From Tubiluchus corallicola (taxonomy: Eukaryota > Animalia > Priapulida): a DNA stretch of 64,000 bases. Shown here piece by piece: positions 9,735-20,000 of this stretch; position 1 is the first letter of the stretch, and each line of letters begins with the position of its first letter. The notes below the pieces were generated by a model. The model did no database searches. It was not told the DNA's origin and saw only the letters and a list, made by a program, of their open reading frames with translations. The position numbers were made by a program, and so were the translations under genes. The stretch spans positions 434,001 through 498,000 of the forward strand of contig JAQGDQ010000076.1 in assembly GCA_030141605.1 (NCBI GenBank), read 5' to 3'.

Positions 9735-12700
9735 CTATAAATGCATGTTACAACATAATTATTTTTCGTTATAAATGTCTTGGTTGTTGTCATCAAGAAT
9801 GAATAAATATCTTAACATTTCTGTCAGTTTTTTAGAAAGTGGTACTGTATTCTTAAAACACCACTCAGTGTAACAATATTTAAATCACAAATTAATGGCA
9901 ATAACGTACGCACCTGGTTCGTCAAGACCTGGGATCTCAACATCAAAACCAGTAGAAACTTCTGTAACTTCCACAATGGTTTCTTCTACTTCTGTTTCCG
10001 TCTGGTTAGCAGATCTCTTTCTTCGTCCATACCCTCCACTGCCATGACCTCCTCCACCTCCATGACCTCCTCCGTGCCTACCACGTTGTCCACTGTTAGC
10101 TCTATGCGGATAAAAACATTGCCCAGGCTGTGGAAAGATAATAAAACTGACATTAAAAAGGTTTTTGTGCAAAAATACTAGATGTGCTGCAGAATGTGTA
10201 ATTATCACTTACAACGTTACTAAAATAAAAAATGCTTGCTAATGGCATTGTATCTAAACCCAAGAATTTTACTGTAAAATTTTTTCACCAAGTTATATAC
10301 CTACTCAGTATAATCTGCTGAGATAATAAAAATATCGTTTACTTTCGTTATTTTCCGGTTATTGTCAAGACATGTTTTACTCATATTACACAATCTTTAG
10401 CATTGTATACGTTACGATTATTAGAGGCGAGCATTCTCTAACGAATTTGTGACTTTCGAATTCGAAAGATTTTCGAACAAGTTTTGAAACCAGTAGTAAA
10501 ACGTGGTCTTACAAAGATCATACATATTAATTGATTTTGTTCTGCAGTAAAACACTATTAGTTTGCTAAAAAAATTGCCCAGAAACTGCAGTTAATTGTA
10601 TGCTGTTTCAAACATTTTAATGATAAAGAATGCATATGGTTGAAGTGCTGAATTATTCGAATCCATAATTTTAGGTTCGAATCGAATTCGAACTACAAAA
10701 CTCGTTCGAATCGAATTCGAACATTCGATGCTCATCCCTAGCGATTATCTATGTAATTTGTAGCCTATTTCCACGTTTTCTGCTCAGTCTCTTTTCAAAA
10801 GTCGAGAAATGTTGGCAGGGATTGACTGAAGTTGATCAGTAAAATCAACAGCAGCTCGTGTAAAACATTATTGAAATAGAGTTATGCGATTAAAAACCGT
10901 TCATCACTAACGTGCGACACAGCAGTTTAGGAAAGAATGATGTTGTATGCCCTACCCTACAAGCATTCTCGCAGATTTTAATTTCGCAATTAAAGTAGAC
11001 AGTGTTCGATGATGGAAACCGGAAACCTCGGAAGTTAAAGCTGATTGTGCTCAATACTATTGAACTTCCGAACACTCCGTCTGATCTTACAGGCTCTGTT
11101 AGGTAGATGGGAGGATTTTGCAGATCATACCGAGCACATCTGAAAATTAATGTCAGCAAAATGTTTTAAACACGTGTTGTAAAAATCAAGGGGCTCTTAT
11201 AAATAAAAATATACTGCCTTTGTTGTGTGCATTTTATCATGTGCAGTAATTCAAAGCGAAGCAAATATGTATTATTCACAATAATAATGCGCTCTAGAAC
11301 TTTTTGTATTAAATCTAATAAACATATAAGCAAGCAAAGTAAGAAAGAGGGGTCATTAGCTGAGTAAACAAGCTGACAAATGTGTAAAAAATTTGAGCTG
11401 TTACTGGAAAGTTGAATTGATGTTTCTCCTCACCTGTAATAGGGGATAGGGGTTTATTAACTTCCCTGAAAGAAAGCAGTGCCTCTGCGTGCGAAAAGAA
11501 GCAAAAAGTTGAATGCGGAGCTTTTTGTTTGCAAAGCAGGCACTCTACCAACTGAGCCACCAAGAATGGGAGAGCAGCCCCGTTTTAATATCTTTGTAAA
11601 GCCGTTTATAAAGTCGATCAGGGAGTCCATGTTCAATTCCTGACTGCAGGAGGAAGGTATTAACGTTTTTGGCTAATTAGCTTTCACGGACTTATTTACT
11701 TTGTTTGCTTACTTGATATCTTTCTGCATAATCGATCAGTTGATTAAATGACTGTGTAGATCAATAGCACAAACAACTATAGCTAAACATCATCCTAGAA
11801 CCAAACCGAATGCAGAAGTATCAGTTTTTTGTAACATTACAAAACTTGCAATGTTATAACATTACATAATGTTATAAAACTTGCCCTATTTCATCTATGA
11901 GTTTTAAAAAGTGATATCCGTATCCATCGTGTGCATAGCAATTTTGAATCTGCACGTCCCAGTGCCCTAAAATTGAAAAACAAAAGAACATTTTTAGAAA
12001 CTTTCTACAATTTTGCAGGCTGCAAACCAGTTAAAGTATCCCCAGTTTCAATATAGCCTCGGGGTAATTTGAAAGTTTGAATTACCTCCACCAGTCCCAA
12101 ATTACCTTCTCATTTTCACCTAAGACCCTGTGCTGCAGATTATTGGAACATGGCAAAGCGTTACGTCACAACTGCATGTGATGTTCTAAAAGACGTAAAA
12201 AACGACAGATTGCTAACCCATATTAGAATGAAGGTTTAGTATTTTATTGTTCTGTATTGTCTCAGAAAACGTACGCGGATTTTATGAAGAAACTTTCTGT
12301 AATTATACAATCTTTGTAAGTCGTATATCAAAAAGCAAGTCGTATATCAAGAAGATTTAAAAATTCAGTATTCTTAAAATCAAGGACATTAACATGTCTA
12401 AAAATATTTGTTTTTATACAGACCGCAAATTATTTATTGCCAAATTTTTAAAACGATTTTTTGTTTGTAATAAAGGTATTCATCAGTATAAAATTACGCA
12501 GACAAATTATCGATTACCTTGTTCCTAATTAGAAAACTACAGCATTAAACATTTTAATCAAATGTGTACCATCGCATAAAATAAATTATATTCCGTTCAA
12601 ACATAGATAACATTAAATATAGTATATAATAAAATAATAATGCCGCGAAAACCCCAAAATCGTACATTTCAAAGTTAAAAAATATTACTTTATAATCTTT

Positions 12701-14068
12701 AAACTTGAATTTATTTTATTGTATAAATATATATTAGTATGTTACGTGGTTTTAGTTACTAATTAGAACACTCTAACTTTTTTGTGTGTTCACATGAATA
12801 TCATTAGTTATATAAGCTCTATGTTACACGAACATGTGACAAAACTACCTTTCGCGCAAAACTATTCCTGTAGCGCTCGAGAAATTGCACTTTTTCAATT
12901 GCAATGAGCTTGCATTTCGGTAAGCTGTTATTACCTAGAACTAAAATAATTTTAATGGTGCTGGGCTTTGTTTTTGGAAGGGGTAATTTGAAATTGGTGG
13001 TAATATTTCTAATCTAGTTGTTTCCCAGGAGCGGCTTTGAACCTGTTTAGTCTTGTCCCGCTAACTTAAGATTTGGTTTGAATTACCGTCGGCTATACTG
13101 AATGGAGGGATATGGCACTACGCGCGAAATGTGTACATCATTTACCACTAAGTACTATCAAGTGGGTAAACATTAGTGGTTAGAAGCAACCATTCATAAA
13201 TTATTTAATCAAACCTGTACTAGTTTATTTTTTATGGCTGATGAGATTTGGCTAAGCTCAAAAGAAAATAATAAATAGATAAGTTAGTTATGTTACACGA
13301 ACGCGTGACTCTATATTGTGTGCTTTCAACTTTTACTGCTACTATGGTCAATGATACGCTGAATTTCCCAATAGTGTAAAACTTCACTTATTTATGGTTA
13401 AACCACTACAATATTCTAGGCCTAAAAATTATTGTTAAATATTTAAAAATATTGAGAGAATTTAACAGCACAACATTGTTTTGTAATTCTAACTGCAACA
13501 CTTATGTACGATTCAAAGCAAAATCGACTGGATTCAACCTATAATCTTATAAGACGAGAAGTCAAATCAGGAGAGATATCTTTGCTGCATTCGAAAGTGA
13601 ATATGTCCTAAAGCAAGTGCAACCGATCAGAAGCAGTCACCTATACACTTTAATAACCAGGCCTGGTACAGTTTAACTTTGGTCGCTAATTATAAATCGT
13701 AGTCACTCGACTGTCCGTCATTCCAGAATTAATTAAAGACTTTAATTGACGTTATAAAATCGCCAATTCAACGAGTTTAAATGTTTCTTACGAGACGTTT
13801 GTGTTTTAAACGTAACATTAATATAAATTTTCCATGCTATGCAGATAGGTTAACAGCACTGAATTTAAAACCTCACAAGTTAGAAGACGATGTTTTGACT
13901 TGAAATATGCGATTACCTAGTTGACTTAAATTTTGGTGAAGTCTTTGACTATGCAGTGTGGGTAAATACAAATACTAATGCTAATACCAAAACCAATCCC
14001 ATTACAAATACTAATACCAATACCAATACTAATACTAATACCAAAGGCAAAACTATTGATATAATAAT

Positions 14069-14099
<31 letters not shown>

Positions 14100-17000
14100 C
14101 TGTGCGTGCGTGCGTGCGTGCGTGCGTGTTTATGCAAGTGTTTCTCAAGTCCTGGTCTAAGGCCTAAGTGCTGCTACAAACAAGCAATCTTTACTGTTTA
14201 CAGAGACAGTTACAGAGTCTATTGGAAAGCATGACACACTGCTCGCTAAATTAGACACCTAAAGTATGTTTGTAAGACAATTGTGTAGAGTCGACTGAAA
14301 TAGAGCTAATTTCCAGCTCATATTTTTGCCTTTTTCTATGGTGATTTTTATTTAAAAGCACGCAATACGTGTACATTTTTAATCGCGTAACTATCAGCTG
14401 TTGGCTAAAAATTTCGGACGTCCTCTTTTTGAAAAATTAACTATTTGAATTGAGTGAGTGTCACTGAAATCGTGAGATAACCACAGAATCAGTTTATGTA
14501 TAAGGAATCATTAACCTAGCGATTAACTAACTAAAAGAAGATGGAGCTGAAAAATTGCGGATCAATCAGGAATTGAGTGTGCCGCGCATTCTCCCCATCG
14601 TAAAAGCCGCAGGAAGACGTAAATAATTAAAAGTGAATATCATCAACGCAGTCTTCCAGGCCAGATTAAGAACTCTATAGGCCGTAAACACTGAAAATGT
14701 TGTGGTACCCCCATATATGTATAATTTAGATTAAAAATAATGCTAAACAGTGAAATGAAATTTTATTCTTCGAAATGAAAAAAAAACTTGCAGTAAGATT
14801 TATTTACAGTAGTCGCATAGTCATACATCAACATCGTGTGACCATATACATACAGCCAAGAGCAACATTACCCTGTTTTCAGTATCCCCACATTTTTGTA
14901 AGGTAAGCATAACCAGCCTTGAAATATGTTATGACACATTATAATCAATCAACGTCATTATATGGACATTGAGCAGCTCAGGCTGTTCAGCTTACAAACA
15001 CAGAAACACAAGCATATTCCGGTATATTTTGCTCTGGGTAATTATTAGATTTGGAAAAACTGTGTGGGCCCTTCTTCCCTTGAGGCCCTAATAACGTGTT
15101 TATTTTGCTTAATGGTTAATCCAGGGCTGTTGTCTTGTTCCACGCTTGCAATAAGCCTGGTAACTTGCAAATGGTCTGCTGTGTTAGCTATCTGCAATTT
15201 ATGTATCCCATACAAATGGGCCGATAAGTTATTGGTGCAAAGAATTTGGTCTCTAATTTAAATCTTCGTTCGGCGTCTTTTTACAAAAGATTTTAGACTC
15301 TGATTTCTCACAGTTAAAGTAACCGTTTCTGCGCACTTACTTGACCGTATCCAGGAAACGACGACTGTGCCAGGTTCTCCAATAGTAAAGCGATTCGTAT
15401 TCTCGGGATTCGCAAGTGTTCCAGGATTAACGTCCAGTTCCACGTCCGGTTTATCATCGTATGGAGCTCCATTGCTGTGTGGTGGGCTATTATAATTGTT
15501 AAAACAATGCAATTTTTAAGTTGCTGTACAATTTTTGTGATAAAATCAATAAAATGTCGCTGAAGCGACTCTATAATTTCTAGCGACCAAAATGATGCAT
15601 TAGGTCTTTAATAAGGTATTACTTTTAACATTATCTGTGTCAGCTTGCAGAGCGAAAGTATTCTCTTCGCTAAAAACAATTAATGGAATACAATTCTTCG
15701 CATTTTTAACCGTTAAAATATTACAGGTTCGCGGTGCCGTTACGAAAAATAATGCAAGCGATCTACATAGACAGTACCATTTTTAATGATGGCCTAAAAA
15801 CTAGTAATCATATTATTTTAGGGCATACTTTTAATTTGTCATATAACACACATTACGTTGCAGTTACACATTATGTATGTAACATACATACTATGGCACT
15901 TTATATTACTCTACCTTATGTTGCTTTATGTACGATACGTTATCCCGGGTCATCTCTTATCTTATGTCATCCTGCAGTTTACGTTATGTTTCGAATATGT
16001 TTTGTACTACGTACATACATATTACACTGTACAGTGTTCATTAGTTCATATAGTAAATATTTGCAAAAAAATCCTACTTGTATCTAGCGTCGTCCTCAAT
16101 TCGCTTAATAACAAAGTGAGCTCCGTCATCTCTAGGATAAAGATGGTCATCTCCTTCTTCACTTGTGGCGTGACCATCGCCCAAGTAATAGGTTTGTGGA
16201 ATTTTGTGGTCAGCTGTAAGATAAATGGCAGATACTCGTCTCCATTAGTTACTTCTACAGCAGAACGATATACCATATAATAACTTCATGTCGAAAATAT
16301 GAACAGAAGAAAACATTCTACATGGAATAAAATTATAAGCAAGGCCCTAAAACACCCGAGAAACTGATTTGGAGAACAGTGAACACGAAGTCCAAGCAAA
16401 GTAAAAGACAACTGGCCTGTCGGTAACTGCAGAATTCTCGTTTAACTTTGCTGCGTTTGAAAGTGAAATAGTAGTGATGAAGAACCGGACGACTGCTGTT
16501 TAAAATTCCCCGATGATCACTTAAATTTAAAGGAAAACCGGACCCAATCTTAGACTGTAGGTCAAAACAATCTACTCCTTAAGATATTGAAAGGAAACAT
16601 ACTATTTTTTCAAAAATGACTTACGTGAAAGAATTGTTACCACACGAACACAAGTTCGCGTTCGCGCCACTAGTTCTTCGTTGCTACATGCATTTTGCCA
16701 TTCGCTAGTTAGATGGGTACTAGCGCCTGCACTTCGGAAACGCATTGCATAAAAAACAGGTACTGTGCCTCTCAGTTCAGATGTGTTAGTTTCTGACGAA
16801 CTACTGACGACGGTAGTACTACTGACAGTTTCTGACGACAGCTCATGCGTGAGCACAGTGCTAAATTTGAAATTTGAATTTTTATCTTAAAACTTACCTA
16901 GTTTTAGTACAGCTCACTGAATATCTTACAGTAGCACTGTATTCCAATTTTCGTTTTCGTAAACACGCGCAACAAGCTCATAGAATATTTTTGCTTTTGA

Positions 17001-20000
17001 AAATTATGTTAATTCGTGATGTCATCAATAGTTGGGCTCGCCCGCCATTAAATAAGTTTTTAATCTATAATTTAATTATCAGAAACGGTTTTGCAGTATT
17101 AATTGTGTTAAAATGTGTACTATTTGTCGGATTTGAAAATGGGGTAGTATATGAAAAATCATACTGTCTTCCTTTAATAAAACACACGTGGCAACTCATT
17201 AGCAGGACCACTTGCTTTAGTTAGTTTACTTACAAATCACGTAATCAGGATGTATTCCTGGTCCATGAAAACTCGGGCCATTCCCCTTTTGATATCCCCC
17301 GCCTCCTCCTCCGCGGTGGCTTCCGCCTCCTCCGTGCCCGCCCACGCGTGCCTGCAGAGGTGCCGAATTGAACCGCTGCCGTATTTGGGATGGCACTGTG
17401 CATTCAACAGGAAAAGCGCGGTCCTCGGCACCAAGGACATCATTGGAGTTCATTTTTATTACGATCTTGTTTGTGAATCTATGATCCCTTAATCCTGGTT
17501 TTTGGTATGTGAACTGCGAGAATAAAGTAACAAAAGCTTTATTTGAGGACATCGTACGCGGTTTCCTGAAAGTTATTCATCGATAAACTCTCAAAATAAA
17601 AAAACGTTAGATACCATTTCCAGAGTTTTCAATTCAAAACTTAACTATCGGTGCCGTTAGAACAAATAATATTACTATGTATCCGTTACGTCGTCAAAAT
17701 CATGTGGTGTAAGTATATATATATATATATATATGTACCTGTTGGATTTCCTGTTTTGTTCCACATCCATTGATTGGAATGCTCAAGTGGATTACGCTGG
17801 ATCCTGCGCCGTTAACCATGCAGTTTGCGTTGCCGTAATCTCTGCTGGTGTAGACGAGACCATAAAAAGGCCCTTTTGTTTGTATTACAACTTCCATTGT
17901 CTGCCGTTTGTTGTTGTAAACTTTGCATTTCACATCTACGGCTATTTAAAAAAGGCCAGAAAGATTGAAGAATGATAAAGCCACATAAACGAACAGTCGG
18001 TACTTTTGTTCTTGTACATTTAGAGTTTAGAAAGCAGCATTTGATTTAGAACACATTTGCAGGCCTTTTCGTCTATACTGGCATTACTGCATTCATCGAA
18101 TTCATTTGAAATTTTGAATATTCTACTTGTCAGGATTGATTCTGACTTTCTGTTAGATATCCCGCAATAAACATCGAATTTTTTTATTTTTTAATTAAAA
18201 AGTAACAACGGTTTTGCTGTATACCAGCAGTCATTATCAGATATGAATTTAAACAAATTAATTTTTAATTGTGGCATTTATAACAAATTAATATCCTTTT
18301 GTTGTATTAAGAACTTGAAATCTTTAGAAATGTCAAATTTGCTAATGTAACCCTGCAACGAGAACCGATTGAACGCGAACGTGAAGTATAATATATTTGT
18401 CACGTAATTAGCGATAATTGTAAAGATGATGCTGATAATTTAAATCAGTTGCGCCTGTTTTATATTAGATCTAATGATCTTTAGTTTTTGCTCTGCTATT
18501 TAAATCTTATTGTTCATCTTTTAACTGTTCAAACCGCTGGATCACTTTTAATCTTGGCACTACTAGGAAATTAAAAGCGGCCTACACTTTGCATTGACGA
18601 AGTTGTTTACCGTTTGTTTGCCTACGTTAACCATGCAGGGCACCACAGCATTTACAATATGCGCTGAAAATGACTGTAATCATTTTAAAGTCATTTTATG
18701 TAAAAATACTTATAGCTTTCGTCAGCGAGTTTTAAAATCAAGCAGTGAAGTCATACGTAGTTTTATTCCTAATACTGAAATACTGATGTCATTTTAACTA
18801 TGTGTATTTTTGTCCAGTGCGATTAGCCACTTACTAACCCTTTTTTATATATTTAGCTTACTTATTCTCTGTTCTTTGTGTAAATATTTATTTTATTTGT
18901 CTTTGATTTTTAATTAGGCTCTGCATATCGTTCTATAATACTTATTATGTACTGACATAAATATAAAATAAAATAAAATAAAATAAAACTCTTGGTACAA
19001 ACACTTAAAGTTATTTTAGCGTATATGCCGCGCATAGTTACATGTTGAAGTAGCTTTCATTTAGGTAAATGTTTTAGGTTTTTTAAGGTTTTTGTACTGA
19101 AATAAATATAAACTAATCTGACTTTGTGTTTGTGAAACTTTAAGTTGAGCTCAACGCAAATGGATGTCAAACTCAGTGTTTCCCGGTTTTTCGTGTGTGT
19201 GTTTGTGTGTGTGTGCGTGCGTGCGTGCGTGTGTGTGTGTGCGTGTGTGTTAGGCTTTATTTTCTAAACATTAATGGCAGTTTCGCTTACATGTGAAGTG
19301 TCTGTAACAACGAAAAAATTAAACACGTTTTATTTTTCAGCGAAAATAATTTAGTTTCGTTTTTTAGCGTTTTGCAACGGAATTTCTTTATTGTTTACTT
19401 GGTTGATGGCCAGTTGATGATGTATGAAACACAACGACTAGTTTTAATTTTTTTAAAAAAATATCTATATTACTATATGTCGTAGTAACAATAATACTTA
19501 TATAATTATTTCGTTTAACTTACATTTAACAATAGAGCCGGGTTTCCAACTTCGCCCACGTGAATTAAAGTAATCACCACTGCGAGAAAAACTTCCTGCT
19601 CGCTGTAAGTCTGACTGGTATTGAGAGTTAACCAAACACACCTGTAGAGAAATAACACAGTTTAGTTACTGACTCTCAAACTATTCAGTAGGGTTTATTT
19701 CAGGTCCTCAATTTCTATCAGTACATAAGCCAGGTATTTATTAGGCATTATTAAAGTGAAATGGACTTCACAGGAGTAACGATTTTACATTTCAGATGAT
19801 GACCTTGACCACTGGTAACGCCTGATATATTCAGCATTTTATATGTTTCCTTGCCGAGATCATCACTAATTCAACAAAATCTTTAGTTTTGTTTTTTTAT
19901 GCATATTTTGTATTCCCAACAATTTTCCTTGACCATGACCAGGATGATCACCGCCACCATCACTACTTCCGTCACTAGCACTACCGCCAGCACCTGCACC

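Noticed and set aside
11505-11565. Functional tRNA gene
   Set aside because: The anticodon stem, T-arm and acceptor stem cannot pair properly.
13949-14234. NT-, VC- and HT-repeat ORFs
   Set aside because: They come from a compound microsatellite in a ZP intron.
16046-16276. ORF-track peptide MVYRSAVEV..
   Set aside because: Wrong frame. The splice-compatible exon 16213-16078 is read in a different frame.
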